From NCBI RefSeq assembly GCF_963921235.1, contig NC_086108.1, positions 116,686,001 to 116,750,000 of the forward strand: DNA of 64,000 nt. Reading direction: 5' to 3'. Below are positions 23,681 to 37,300 of the stretch, one piece after another. Source of the DNA: Mobula hypostoma (lineage: Eukaryota). A program made the position numbers and the translations under genes. Positions within the stretch are counted from its first letter, which is position 1. Every line of letters begins with the position of its first letter. The notes under the pieces were generated by a model, which was not told the origin of the DNA, made no database searches, and saw only the letters and a program-made list of their open reading frames with translations.

Positions 23681-26070
23681 GAGATCCCCCAACTAGAGAG
23701 CAGGCTATTCTGGACTGGGTTTTGAGCAATGAGGAAGGGTTAATTAGCGATCTTGTCGTGAGAGGCCCCTTGGGTAAGAGTGACCATAATATGGTGGAAT
23801 TCTTCATTAACATGGAGAGTGACGTAGTTAATTCAGAAACAAAGGTTCTGAACTTAAAGAGGGGTAACTTTGAAGGTATGAGTCGTGAATTAGCTAAGAT
23901 ACACTGGCAAATGACACTTAAAGGATTGACGGTGGATATGCAATGGCAGGCATTTAAAGGTTGCATGGATGAACTACAACAATTGTTCATCCCAGTTTGG
24001 CAAAAGAATAAATCAAGGAAGGTAGTGCACCCGTGGCTGACAAGAGAAATTAGGGATAGTATCAATTCCAAAGAAGTAGCATACAAATTAGCCAGAGAAA
24101 GTGGCTCACCTGAGGACTGGGAGAAATTCAGAGTTCAGCAGAGGAGGACAAAGGGCTTAATTAGGAAGAGGAAAAAAGATTATGAGAGAAAACTGGCAGA
24201 GAACATAAAAACGGACTGTAAAAGCTTTTATAGATATGTAAAAAGGAAAAGACTGATAAAGACAAATGTAGGTCCCCTGCAAACAGAAACAGGTGAATTG
24301 ATTATGGGGAGCAAGGACATGGCAGACCAATTGAATAATTACTTTGGTTCTGTCTTCACTAAGGAGGACATAAATAATCTTCCAGAAATAGTAAGGGACA
24401 GAGGGTCCAGTGAGATGGAGGAACTGAGCGAAATACATGTTAGTAGGGAAGTGGTGTTAGGTAAATTGAAGGGATTGAAGGCAGATAAATCCCCAGGGCC
24501 AGATGGTCTGCATCCCAGAGTGCTTAAGGAAGTAGCCCAAGAAATAGTGGATGCATTAGTGATAATTTTTCAAAACTCGTTAGATTCTGGACTAGTTCCT
24601 GAGGATTGGAGGGTGGCTAATGTAACCCCACTTTTTAAAAAAGGAGGGAGAGAGAAACCGGGGAATTATAGGCCGGTTAGCCTAACGTCGGTGGTGGGGA
24701 AACTGCTGGAGTCAGTTATCAAGGATGTGATAACAGCACATTTGGAAAGCGGTGAAATGATCGGACAAAGTCAGCATGGATTTGTGAAAGGAAAATCATG
24801 TCTGACGAATCTCATAGAATTTTTTGAGGATGTAACTAGTAGAGTGGATAGGGGAGAACCAGTGGATGTGGTATATTTGGATTTTCAAAAGGCTTTTGAC
24901 AAGGTCCCACACAGGAGATTAGTGTGCAAACTTAAAGCACATGGTATTGGGGGTAAGGTATTGGTGTGGGTGGAGAATTGGTTAGCAGACAGGAAACAAA
25001 GAGTGGGAATAAACGGGACCTTTTCAGAATGGCAGGCGGTGACTAGTGGGGTACCGCAAGGCTCAGTGCTGGGACCCCAGTTGTTTACAATATATATTAA
25101 TGACTTGGATGAGGGAATTAAATGCAGCATCTCCAAGTTTGCGGATGACACGAAGCTGGGTGGCAGTGTTAGCAGTGAGGAGGATGCTAAGAGGATGCAG
25201 GGTGACTTGGATAGGTTGGGTGAGTGGGCAAACTCATGGCAGATGCAATTTAATGTGGATAAATGTGAAGTTATCCACTTTGGTGGCAAAAATAGGAAAA
25301 CAGATTATTATCTGAATGGTGGCCGATTAGGAAAAGGGGAGGTGCAACGAGACCTGGGTGTCATTATACACCAGTCATTGAAAGTGGGCATGCAGGTACA
25401 GCAGGCGGTGAAAAAGGCGAATGGTATGCTGGCATTTATAGCGAGAGGATTCGAGTACAGGAGCAGGGAGGTACTACTGCAGTTGTACAAGGCCTTGGTG
25501 AGACCACACCTGGAGTATTGTGTGCAGTTTTGGTCCCCTAATCTGAGGAAAGACATCTTTGCCATAGAGGGAGTACAAAGAAGGTTCACCAGATTGATTC
25601 CTGGGATGGCAGGTCTTTCATATGAAGAAAGACTGGATGAACTGGGCTTGTACTCGTTGGAATTTAGAAGATTGAGGGGGGATCTGATTGAAACGTATAA
25701 GATCCTAAAGGGATTGGACAGGCTAGATGCGGGAAGATTGTTCCCGATGTTGGGGAGGTCCAGAACGAGGGGTCACAGTTTGAGGATAGAGGGGAAGCCT
25801 TTTAGGACCGAGATTAGGAAAAACTTCTTCACACAGAGAGTGGTGAATCTGTGGAATTCTCTGCCACAGCAAACTGTTGAGGCCAGTTCATTAGCTATGT
25901 TTAAAAGGAAGTTAGATATGGCCCTTGTGGCTACAGGGGTCAGGGGGTATGGAGGGAAGGCTGGGTTCTGAGTTGGATGATCAGCCATGATCATAATAAA
26001 TGGCGGTGCAGGCTCGAAGGGCCGAATGGCCTACTCCTGCACCTATTTTCTATGTTTCTATGTTTCTATG
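23681..26070 (+). mobile_element. Young 5'-truncated CR1 LINE with an uninterrupted 749-aa ORF2 portion (end of APE plus full RT)
   Basis: ORF 23722-25971 with all RT motifs and no stops; (tttctatg)n tail; TAAC on both flanks. Confidence 0.95.
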
Positions 26071-26359
26071 TAACTCCTCCTTACCTGCCTGAACACCAGC
26101 AAGTACAGGCCCAAAGAGATCAAACACACCTCCTATGTTAACCCATTCATTCCCGGGAGCATTCCCATAAACCTCCTCTGGACCAGTGTGGCAAGTGTTA
26201 AGATATAACTAGACAAATGAGGTGACTGAAGAGCACAGCTTCCCTTTGCAGAGCAGGGGTCCAGAGTCACTTGGCATACAGGGACAGGATGAGGATGATA
26301 ATGAAAGGATGCAAGGGACACACACACCAAAAGGCAGACAATTTCTTTGCAAACCTCAA

Positions 26360-26605
26360 AGTATCATGAGGGGGAACTTCTTTACTCAGAGAGTGGTAGC
26401 TCTGTGGAACGAGCTTCCAGCAGAAGTGGTCGAGGCAGGTTCAATGTTGTCGTTTAAAGTTAAATTGGATAGCTATATGGACAGGAAAGGATTGGAGGGT
26501 TATGGGCTGAGTGCAGGTCGGTGGGACTAGGTGAGAGTACAAGTTCGGCATGAACTAGAAGGGCCAAGATGGCCTGTTTCCGTGCTGTAATTGTTATATG
26601 GTTAT
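26360..26605 (+). mobile_element. CR1 3'-end fragment
   Basis: RGNFFTQRVVALWNELP followed by a 3'UTR and tail. Confidence 0.8.
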
Positions 26606-26619
26606 CAATGGTTTCTTTT

Positions 26620-29600
26620 ATAGCAGCAATGACAGGGGACTCTTTCGTTAGTGGGTCAGACAGGCGATTCTGTGGATGCAGAAAAGAAACTCGGATGGCA
26701 GTTTGCCTCCCAGATGCCAGGGTCCGGGATGTTTCAGATCGCGTCCATGATATCTTGAAGTGGGAAGGAGAACAGCCAGAGGTCGTGGTAAATATTGGTA
26801 CCAATGACATAGGCAGGAGAAGGGAGGAGGTCCTGTAAACGGACTACAGGGAGTTAGGAAGGAAATGAGTATCAGGACCATAAAGGTAATCATCTTGGGA
26901 TTACTGCCTGTGCCATGTGACAGTGAGTATAGAAATAGAATGAGGTGGAGGATAAATGCGTGGCTGAGGGATTGGAACGGGGGGCAGGGATTCAGATTTC
27001 TGGATTATTGGGACCTCTTTTGGGGCAGGAGTGACCTGTACAAAAAGGACAGGTTGTACTTGAATCCCAGGGGGACCAATATCCTGGCAGGGAGGTTTGC
27101 TAAGGCTGTTGGGGAGAATTTAAACTAGAATTGCTGGGGCAGGAGGTGGGAACCAACCTGAAGAGATGGTAGAAAGGGAGGTTGGCTCACAAATCGAGAA
27201 AGCTTGGAGACAGTGCGAGAGGAAGGATAGGCAGGTGATAGAGAAGGGACATGCTCAGACCGATGGTTTGAGATGTGTCTATTATAATGCAAAGAGTATT
27301 ATGAACAAAGCAGGTGAACTTAGAGTGTGGATCAGCACTTGGAGCTATGATGTGGTGGCCATTATAGAGACTTGGATGGCTCAGGGGCAGGAATGGTTAC
27401 TTTGAGTGCCAGGCTTTAGAAGTTTCAGAAAGGACAGGGAGGGAGGCAAAAGACGTGGGGGCATGGCACTGTTCATCAGAGATAGTGTCACGGCTGCAGA
27501 TAAGGAGGAAGTAATGGAGGGATTGTCTACGGAGTCTCTCTGGGTGGAGGTTAGGAACAAGAAGGGGTCAATAACTCTACTGGGTGTTATTTTATAGACC
27601 ACCGAATAGCAACAGGGACATCGAGGAACAGATAGGGAGACAGATTCGGGAAAGGTGTAATAATAACAGGGTTGTCGTGGTGGGACATTCTAATTTCCCA
27701 AATATCAATTGGCATATCTGTACAGTGAGGGGTTAAATGTGGTGGAGTTTGTTATGTGTGTTCAGGAAGGTTTCCTGACATAATGTGTAAATAACCCTAC
27801 ATGAGGAGAGGCTGTACTTGATCTGGTATTGGGATATGAACCTGGTCAGGTGTCAGATCTCTCAGTGGGAGAGCATTTTGGAGATAATGATCACAATGCT
27901 ATCTCCTTTACCATAGCATTGGAGAGGGATGGGAACAGGCAAGGTAGGAAAGCGTTTAATTGGAGTAAAGGGAAGTATGAGGCTATCAGGCAGGAGCTTG
28001 GAAGCATAAATGGGGAACAGATGTCCTCAGGGAAATGTGTGGAAGTCTCCTTCTTCTTCTTCTTCATGTGCCTTGCGCGTTACACGCTTGGGTGATCATG
28101 GCTCTCCACATCGAACGATCCCTCGCAGCGTTAATAATATCTCACACACTTAGATTTGTTAGTTCTGTCATATTGTTCATATTTTCTTCTTTGCCTTCCT
28201 CTTCCACGTTTCTCAGGCATATGGCCTTGTAATGTAAAGCATTCTATTTCTCCCTTTCTGATGACATGGCCCAGGAATTTATGTTTCCTCTCATTCAATG
28301 TTCTCAGTAAAGATCTTTTGCGTGGGCACATTGGAGTACTGTCTCTTAGTTACCTTATCTCTATACGATATCTTCAGCATTCTTTTAAGAAACCACATTT
28401 CTGTTGCTTCTCAGTTTCTTTGGAGTTCTGGTATTATAATCCATGTTTCGGAAGCACACAGCAAGATTGACCAGATGTAAGATTTTAGTAGCCTAAGCCT
28501 TGTTGTCATAGAAATGTGTCTGTTGGTAAAAATGAGTTTCATTTTTGGAAGTTGGTTTTGGCAATGGCAATTTTTCTTTTTATTTCTACTTTACGTCTAG
28601 CATCTTGTGATATAAAGCTACCAAGGTCTTTTGTTCAGTCTCTTGGTTACAGATCGACAATTAGCAGTTGGAAGTATCCTGCTATTTTGATATTACCATA
28701 CAAATGGATTTTTTACAGTTGATGGTTAGACCAAAATCTGCACTTGTTTGTACTACTTTATCAAGGATATTTGTCAGGGGATATTTGCGTGGAGTTCTGC
28801 ACAGGTACATTCCAATGAGATAGGGAAAGGATAGTAAGGTACAGGAACCGTGGTGTACAAAGGCTTTTGTAAATCTAGTCAAGAAGAAAAGCAGAGCTTA
28901 TGAAAGGTTCAGAAAACTAGGTAATGATAGAGATCTAGAAGATTATAAGGCTAGCAAGAAGGAGCTTAACAAAGAAATTAGGAGAGCCAGAAGGGGCCAC
29001 GAGAGGCCATGGCAGACAGAATTAAGGAAAACACCAAGGCATTCTACAAATATGTGAAGAGCAAGAGGATAAGGCGTGAGAGAATAGGACCAATCAAGTG
29101 TGACAGTGGAAAAGTGTGTATGGAACCGGAAGAGAGAGCAGAGGTACCTAATGAGTACTTTGCTTCAGTATTCACTACGAAAAAGGATCTTGGCGATTGT
29201 AGGGATGGCTTATAGATGTCTTAAAAGCTTGACTATGTAGATATTAAGAAAGAGAATATGCTGGAGCTTTTGGAAAGCATCAAGTCAATAAGTCACTGGG
29301 ACCAGATGAGATGTACCCGAGGCTACCTCCCCTAAGCAAGGGAGTAAATTGCTGAGCCTCTGGCGATGATCTTTGCATCTTGGGAGAGGTTCCAGACGAT
29401 TGGAGGGTTGTGCAGGTTGTTCCATTATTTAAGAAAGGGAGTAGAGATAACCCAGGAAATTATAGACCAGTGAGTCTTACTTCAGTGGTTGGTAAGTTGA
29501 TTGAGAAGATCCTGAGAGGCAGGATTTATGAACATTTGGAGAGGCATAATATGATTAGGAATAGCCAGCATGGCTTTGTCAAAGGCTGTTTGTGCCTTAT

Positions 29601-30835
29601 GAGCCTGATTGAATTTTTTGAGGATGTGACTAAACACATTGATGAAGGTAGAGCAGTGGATGTAGTGTATATGGATTTCAGCAAGGTATTTGACAAGGTA
29701 CCCCATGCAAGGCTTATTGAGAAAGTAAGGAGCCATAGGATCCAAGGGGACATAGCTTTGTGGATCCAGAAATGGCTTGCCCACAGAAGGAAAAGAGTGG
29801 TTGTAGATGGGTCATATTCTGCATGGAGGTCGGTGACCTGTGGTGTGCCTCAGGGATCTGTTCTGGGACCCTTACTCTTGGTGATTTTTATTAATGATCT
29901 GGATGAGGAAGTGGATGGAATGGTGAGTAAATTTGCTGATGACACAAAGGTTGGGAGTGTTGTGGATAGTGTGGAGGGCTGTCAGAGGTTACTACGGGAC
30001 ATTGATAGGATGCAAAACTGGGCTGAGAAGTGGCAGATGGAGTTCAACCCAGATAAGTGTGAGGTGGTTCATTTTGGTTGGTCAAACATGATGGCAGAAT
30101 ATAGTAATAATGGTAAGACTCTTGGCAGTGTGGAGGATCAGAGGGATCTTGGGGTTTGTGTCGATAGGACACTCAAAGCTACTGCGCAGGTTGACTCTGT
30201 GGTTAAGAAAGCATACGGTGCATTGGCCTTCATCAATCGTGGGATTGAGTTTAGGAGCTGAGAGGTAATGTTGCAGCTAATTAGGACCCTGTTCAGACCC
30301 CACTTGGAGTACTGTGCTCAGTTCTGGTCACCTCACTACAGGAAGGACGTGGAAACCAAAGAAAGGGTGCAGAGGAGATTTACAAGGCTGTTGCCTGGAT
30401 TGGGGAGCATGCCCTATGAGAATGGGTTGAATGAACTTGGCCTTTTTTCCTTGGAGCAACGGAAGATGAGAGCTGACCTGATAGAGGTGTATAAGATGAT
30501 GAGAGGCATTGATCATATGGATAGTCAGAGGCTTTTTCCCAGAGCTGAAATGGCTTAAGTTTTAAGGTGCTTGGAAGTAGGTACAGAGGAGATGTCAGGG
30601 GTAGGTTTTCTACGCAGAGAGTGGTGAGTGTGTGGAATGGGCTGCTGGCAACAGTGGTGGAGGCGGATACGATAGGGTTTTTAAGAGACTCCTGGACATG
30701 TATATGGAGCTCAGAAAAATAGAAGGATATGGGTAACCCTTGGTAATTTCTAAAGTAAGGACATGTTCGGCACATGTGGGGCTGAGGGGCCTGTTTTGTG
30801 CTGTTGGTTTTCTTTGTTTCTCTGTTTCTATGTTT
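26620..30835 (+). mobile_element. Near full-length degenerate CR1 LINE (ORF1 esterase, APE, RT, 3' tail), interrupted by RTE
   Basis: GDSFV...VCLPDARVRDV...VNIGTND (SGNH-type ORF1); YDVVAIIETW; RT ORF 29380-30261; tail at ~30810. Confidence 0.92.
28047..28771 (-). mobile_element. RTE-clade LINE 3' fragment
   Basis: FLGHVIRK...QGHMPEKRGRGRQRRKY and FGLTINCKK motifs; (GAA)n tail (plus ttc repeats at ~28051-28066). Confidence 0.78.
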
Positions 30836-31149
30836 TAACAGCTGTACTGTATTGTGAATGGTGATTGATCGTGCATGTAAGGAATTTGCAGAGGCACAGT
30901 TAACCAAATAGTCAATTTCCTAAATTGGCAGTGATTTCTGTATAAAAATGGCGTTTCATGTTCAGACCTCAGAGTGGTATGGTGACAATGTTGGGCTGCA
31001 CAAGGAAATAAAGTGTGTTTGAGGAAGAAGTGTGGGCTTTCTGAGCCTAACTCATCAGCAGCCACACAGCACAGCTTTTCTTCCACTTCGTACATCTGGA
31101 AAAACATCGACTTTGTCTGGATAGTGACAAGGGTCATAGATCTGTGCAA

Positions 31150-31475
31150 TGCACAGAACAAGCCACAAAATGTTGGAGCAACTCAGTCAGCCAACATCTG
31201 TTGAAAGCAATAACAGTCGATGTTTTGGGCCAAGACCCTTCATCAGGGTGAGTTCCTCTTGCATTTTGTGTGGGTTACTGTGAATTTCCAGCAGCTGCAG
31301 AACCTCTTGTATTTACAGAAATCAGGCCCTTCGATGCTGGAAATCTGAGCAATACACACAAAATGCTGAAATGCTTCAGCAGTCCTGTGAAGGGTTTCGG
31401 CCCAAAACGTTAACTGTACTATTTTCCATAGATGCTGCCTGGTCTGCAGAGTTCCCCCAGCATTTAGTGTGTGGG
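31150..31475. mobile_element. Two degenerate copies of the palindromic Penelope-type repeat
   Basis: cagtcgatgttttgggccaagacccttcatcagg (31214-31247) and ctgtgaagggtttcggcccaaaacgtt (31385-31411) with cacaaaatgctg/cagcatttagtgtg arms. Confidence 0.7.
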
Positions 31476-31509
31476 ACCCTTCAATCACTGCCTCACTGAG
31501 CTACCCTCA

Positions 31510-31790
31510 CTCAACTAGTCAGCACAGCTTTGTTTAGGGCAGATCACAGCTTCCAAACTTGATCATGATTTTTTGAGGAGGTGACGAGGGTGATTGATGA
31601 GGACAGGGCAATGGAAGATGTCCACATGAATTTTAGTAAAGCCTTCAGCAAAATTCCTCATTATCAGTTGATTCAGAAGTGCAAGGCACATGGTTTCCAT
31701 GGAGACTTGGTGGACCGAATTCACACTTGGCTAGTAGGAGAGAGGTGCTATTCTGACCGGAGGCCTGTGACCAAGGTGCTCTGAGGTCCA
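31510..31790 (+). mobile_element. Old CR1 RT fragment
   Basis: TRVIDEDRAMEDVHMNFSKAFSKIPH. Confidence 0.65.
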
Positions 31791-32019
31791 GTCTCATCCA
31801 GGCTGAAGGGTCTGCTTCCACACCATGTCACTCGTCACTCCGTGACTGCCGACCTTTTTCCAGCCCGTGCTGAGGCTCTGAGAGATCGAAGCCGATTCCA
31901 GATTTGGCTAGTGAAGGGAGTGAGTGACTCTGCATAAAGACTACAGTTGAGTGGGTGGGAAATAGGGGTTGGGGGAAAGAGACGGGTGGATGGGGGAGGA
32001 GGGTGATGGGAACAAGAGG

Positions 32020-32900
32020 AAGGGATTCCTGGCGTTAGTAATGATCTTTCAAGAACCACTAGATTCTGCAATGGTTCCAAAGGACTGATGAATTGTAAAT
32101 GCCATTCCATTCTTTAAGGACGGAAGGAGGCAGAAGAAAGGAAATTATAAGCCAGTTAGTCTGACCTCAGTGGTTGGGAAGATGTTGGAGTCCATTATTA
32201 AGGAGGTTTCAGAGCACTTGGAGGCACATGATAAAATAGGCCAAAGTCAGCATAGTTTCATTAGGGGGAAGTCTGGCCTGAGAAATCTGTTGGAATTCCT
32301 TGAAGAAAGAACAGGTACGATAGACAAATGAGCATTGGTGGATGTGGTTTACTTGGATTTTCGGAAGGTCTTTGACAAGGTGCTCCACATGAGGCTGCTT
32401 AACAAGATAAGAGCCTATGGTATGACACGAAAGACACCAAGACGGATAGAAAATTGGCTGACTGGCCGGAGGCAAAGAGTGGGAACAAAGCAGGGGAGGG
32501 GGATTTTCCCTCGGCTGCCAGTGGTGTTCCGCAGGGTCAGTGTTGGGACCGCTTCTTTTTATGTAATAAGTCAATGATTTGTATAATGGAATTCCACAGA
32601 TTCATCTCACTCTGGCCAAATAACTTCCTCCTCATCTCTGTTTTAAGAGGGACATTCATTCAGAATAGAGATGAGGAGGAATTTCTTTAGCCAGAGGGTG
32701 GTGAATCCGTGGAATTCATTGCCACAGACGGCCTTTGGGTATATTTAAAGTGAAAGTTGATAGGTTCTTGGATAGTCAAGGCATTAAAAGTTACAGGGAG
32801 AAGGCAGGAAAATGGGTTCGGAAGGATAATAAATCAGCTGTGATGGTATGGCGGAGCAGACTCCATGGGCTAAATTGCTTAATTTTGCTACCTTAGGGTC
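32020..32900 (+). mobile_element. Degenerate, internally deleted CR1
   Basis: VDVVYLDFRKVFDKV...ENWLTGRRQRV, then a jump to the 3' end. Confidence 0.75.
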
Positions 32901-33654
32901 TACTGTCAGAATGGTTTACTATAATACGGTACTTGCACACAAGTGGGCTGAGACTGGCTTGTAACTGAATTCTGGCCCTGTGTTATTCTGATGCCCATGT
33001 CTGGTGGATGTGGGGAGGCCTGTGCAGTGTGTGTGAGGGGCATGAGGCACGTTCAGTGAATGTGCCCATTCCACCAATTCTCCAGAGCTGACAATGGGGT
33101 TTAAAGGGTTAAGATTCACTGGAAAATACTCCAGATAATACAGAGAGTGCTGAGGGAACATGGCAGGGGAGATGTGGAGGTGTTTCTGCCAGTGGGAGAG
33201 TCTCAAACAAGGGTCACAGTTACAGGATTAGGGGGCAGACATTTAAAACTGAGGTGTGTGAGTGCTTCTCAGAAGGAGGGGAATCTTTTGACTTCTCCAC
33301 CACAGAGAGTGTGGAGGCTGGATCTCTGTGGGCGTTTAAAGAAATGTTTCACAGATCAGGGGACTGAGGGTGACCGGGAATCAGATTTATTATCTTTGAC
33401 ATTGGAGTGAAATGCGTTGCTTTGTGGAAGCAGCACAGAGTGAAATATAAGATTACAGTAAGTTACAAACTAAACTACAGGGAGGTGTTTGCGGTACATT
33501 CTGGGATCGGGGGATAATGTTCTCCAATCTGAGACAGTTCAGAGTGAAAGGTATCAGGGTACTTGCAGTCCAAAATGGATGTTGGGAGTCTCTGCTCCAG
33601 AATGCTGGCCAACCACAACCTGAAGGGGTGGGGACGGCATGGCCGTCTGCTCAC

Positions 33655-33895
33655 CATCAGGGAAGTCTGGGTGGGACAGTTGCAGGTCCTTGCAGGTCCG
33701 GGCCGGGTTGCTCTGGGTTCCCATTGGATTCTTCATGTAGTCCACCTCCATCTTCAGGGTGTCCAGGGAGCTGAATATGTCATCCAGTCCCTCCACATAG
33801 TCAACTGCCTGGTCAGCCTGCATCTTGTCTGAAGACCTCCTGGTCTTCTTGGGTGTCCGGATGGGCAGTGGTTGGATCACCTCTCCCGGTGGTCC
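33655..33895 (-). CDS. COL11A1: Collagen exon: helix end, C-telopeptide and start of C-propeptide ([20 protein letters not shown]...[19 protein letters not shown])
   Basis: 241 bp, AG/GTGAGC, ends in phase 1. Contains the basic KKTRR processing site and the COLFI motif NPARTCKDL. Confidence 0.95.
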
Positions 33896-34002
33896 CTGCG
33901 GATTCAGACACAACACACCAAGTGAACAAAGACCAGAGGACCGAAAGGGGCACATGAAGAGTCAGCGAGGATGTGAACTAAATGTGTGCATCAGGTACTT
34001 AC

Positions 34003-34056
34003 GGGAGGTCCGGGAATGCCGATTGCTCCGGTATCACCCTTCTGGCCTGCCGGACC
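34003..34056 (-). CDS. COL11A1: Collagen triple-helix exon, 54 bp, GPAGQKGDTGAIGIPGPP
   Basis: 54-bp Gly-X-Y exon with AG acceptor and GTAAGT donor. Confidence 0.93.
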
Positions 34057-34369
34057 CTGCCAACGAGAAAGACAGTCAGGAGACAGCAAGGAGCAGCCAA
34101 GGTGGGGTAGGGGGGGGCAGGAATGAGTGGGGGCAGAGGCAGCATGAGGTGAAGAAACAAGGTGAGAAACGGCTGGCTGTGTGGTGGAGGCGACAGGATA
34201 GAGGGAGCTGGGTGGGAGGAGGAGGGAGGGGGAGGAAGGGCATGCGGAACGGAAGAATCTAGTGATAAAAGGGTGGTATGGGGGTGGGTGTTGAGGGAAT
34301 TTGGAGAGAGGGTAGAGTAGTGGGGGAGTTGGACAGTATCGAGGGGTCAGTGGGTGGGGTTGGGATGAG

Positions 34370-37300
34370 GGAGGGGTGGGGACAGTGTTGAGAAAGTTTA
34401 TGGGTGGGTTGGGTGAGGGAGGTGAGTGGACAGTGGCGAGAGGGTTTATGGGTGGGGAAAGGGAGGGGGTGGACAGTGTTGAGGGGTTTATGGGTGGGGA
34501 AAGGGAGGGGATGCAGAGTGATGAGAGGTTTATAGGTGGGAAAGGGAGCGGGTGGACAGTGTTGAGGCGTTTATGGGTGGGGAAAGGGAGGGGGTGGACA
34601 GTGCCGAAGGGTTTATGGGTGGGGAAAGGGAGGGCGTGGACAGTGTTGAGGGGTTTATGGGTGGGGAAAGGGAAGGGTGGACAGTGTCGAGGGGTTTATG
34701 GGTGGGGAAAGGGAGGGGGTGGGCAGTGTCGAGGGGTTTATGGGTGGAGAAAGGGAGGGGGTGGACAGTGTTGAGGGGATTATGGGTGGGGAAAGGGATG
34801 GGTGGACAGAGTCGACGGGTTTATGGGTGAGCAAAGGGAGGGGGTGGGCAGTGTTGAGGGGTTTATGGGTGGGGAAAGGGAGTGGTGGACTGTGGTGAGG
34901 GGTTTAGGGGTGGGGAAAGGGAGGGGGTGGACAGTGTCGAGGAGTTTATGGGTGGGGAAAGGGAGGGGGTGGAAGGTGTTGAGGGGTTTATGGGTTGGGA
35001 TAGGGAGGGGGTGGAGAGTGTTGAGGGGTTTATAGGTGGGGAAAGGGAGGGGGTGGACAGTATTGAGGGGTTTATGGGTGGGGAAAGGGAGGGGGTGTGC
35101 AGTGTTGAGAGCTTTATGGGTGGAGAAAGGGAGGGGATGCACAGTGTTGAGGAGTTTATAGGTGGGGTAAGGGAGGGAGTGGACAGTGTTGAGGGGTTTA
35201 TGGGTGAGGAAAGGGAGTTGGTGGATAGTGTTGAGGGGTTTATGGGTGGGGAAAGGGAGGGGGTGGACAGTGTCAAGAGGTTTAAGGGTGGGGAAAGGGA
35301 GGGGTTGGACAGTGTCGAGGGGTTTATGGGTGGGGAAAGGGAGGGGGAGACAGTGTCGAGGGGTTTATGGGTGGGGAAAGGGAGGGGGTGGACAGTGTTG
35401 AGGGGTTTATGAGTGGGGAAATGGAGGGGGTGGACAGTGTTGAGGGGTTTATGGGTGGGGAAAGGGAGGGGGTGGGCAGTGTCGAGGGGTTTATGGGTGG
35501 GGAAAGGGAGGGGGTGGACAGTGTTGAGGGGTTTATGGGTGGGATAAGGGAAGGGGTGGACAGTGTTGAGGGGTTTATAGGTGGGGAAAGGGAGGGGGTG
35601 GACAGTGTTGAGGGGTTTTTATGGGTGAGGAAAAGGAGGGTGTGGACAGTGTTGAGGGGTTTGTAGATGGGGAAAGATAGGGGGTGGACAGTGCCGAAGG
35701 GTTTATTGGTAGGGAAAGGGAGGGGGTGGACAGTGTCGAGGGGTTTATGGGTGGGGAAAGGGAGGGGGTGGACAGTGTTGAGGGATTTATGGGTGGGGAA
35801 AGGGAGGGTGTGGACAGTGTTGAGGGGTATATCGGTGGGGAAAGGGAGGGGTGGGCAGTGTCAAGGGGTTTATGGGTGGGGAAAGGGAGGGGGAATGCAG
35901 TGTTGAGGGGTTTATAGGTGGCGAAAGGGAGGTGGTGGACAGTGTCGAGGCGTTTATGGGTGGGTTAAGCGAGGGGGTGGGCAGTGTTTAGGGGTCTATG
36001 GGTGGGAAAGGGAGGGGGTGGACAGTGTCGAGGGGTTTATTTGTGGGGAAAGGGAGGGGGTGGGCAGTGTTGAGGGGATTATGGGTGAGGCAAGGGAGGG
36101 GGTGGACAGTGTTGAGGGGTTTATGGATACGGAAAGGGAGGGGGTGGACAGCGTTGAGGGGTTTATGGGTGGGGAAAGGGAGTGGGTGGACAGTTTCGAA
36201 TGGTTTATGGGTGGGGAAAGGGAGGGTGCGGACGGTTTTGAGGGGTTTATGGGTGGGGAAAGTGAGGGGGTGGGCAGTGTTGAGCGGTTTATGGGTGAGG
36301 AAAGGGACGGAGTTGGCAGTGTTTAGAGGTTTACGCGTGGGAAAGGGAGTGGGTGGACAGTGTTGAGGGGTTTATGGGTGGGGAAAGGGATGGGTGGACA
36401 GAGTTGACGGGTTTATGGGTGAGCAAAGGGAGGGGATGGGCAGTGTTGAGGGGTTTATGGGTGGGGAAAGGGAGTGGTGGACTGTGGTGAGGGGTTTAGG
36501 GGTGGGGAAAGGAAGGGGGTGGACAGTGTCGAGGAGTTTATGGGTGGGGAAAGGGAGAGGGTGGAAGGTGTTGAGGGGTTTATGGGTTGGGATAGGGAGG
36601 GGGTGGAGAGTGTTGAGGGGTTTATAGGTGGGGAAAGGGAGGGGGTGGACAGTATTGAGGGGTTTATGGGTGGGGAAAGGGAGGGGGTGTGCAGTGTTGA
36701 GAGCTTTATGGGTGGGGAAAGGGAGGGGATGCACAGTGTTGACGAGTTTATAGGTGGGGTAAGGGAGGGAGTGGACAGTGTTGAGGGGTTTATGGGTGAG
36801 GAAACGGAGTTGGTGGATAGTGTTGAGGGGTTTCTGGGTGGGGAAAGGGAGGGGGTGGACAGTGTCAAGAGGTTTAAGGGTGGGGAAAGGGAGGGGTTGG
36901 ACAGTGTCGAGGGGTTTATGGGTGGGGAAAGGGGGGGAGACAGTGTCGAGGGGTTTATGGGTGGGGAAAGGGAGGGGTGGGCAGTGTTGAGGGGTTTATG
37001 GGTGGAGAAAGGGAGGGTCTGGACAGTGTCGAGGGGCTTAGGAGTGGGAAAGGGAGGGGTGGACAGTGTTGAGGGATTTATGGGTGAGGAAAGGGAGTTG
37101 GTGGATAGTGTTGAGGGGTTTATGGGTGGGGAAAGGGAGGGGGTGGTCTGTGTTGAGGGGTTTATGGGTGGGGAAAGGGAGGGGGTGGACAGTGTCGAGG
37201 GGTTTATGGGTGGGGAAAGGGAGGGGGTGGACAATGTCAAGCGGTTTAAGGGTGGGGAAAGGGAGGGGGTGGACAGTGTCGAGGGGTTTTTGGGTGGGGA

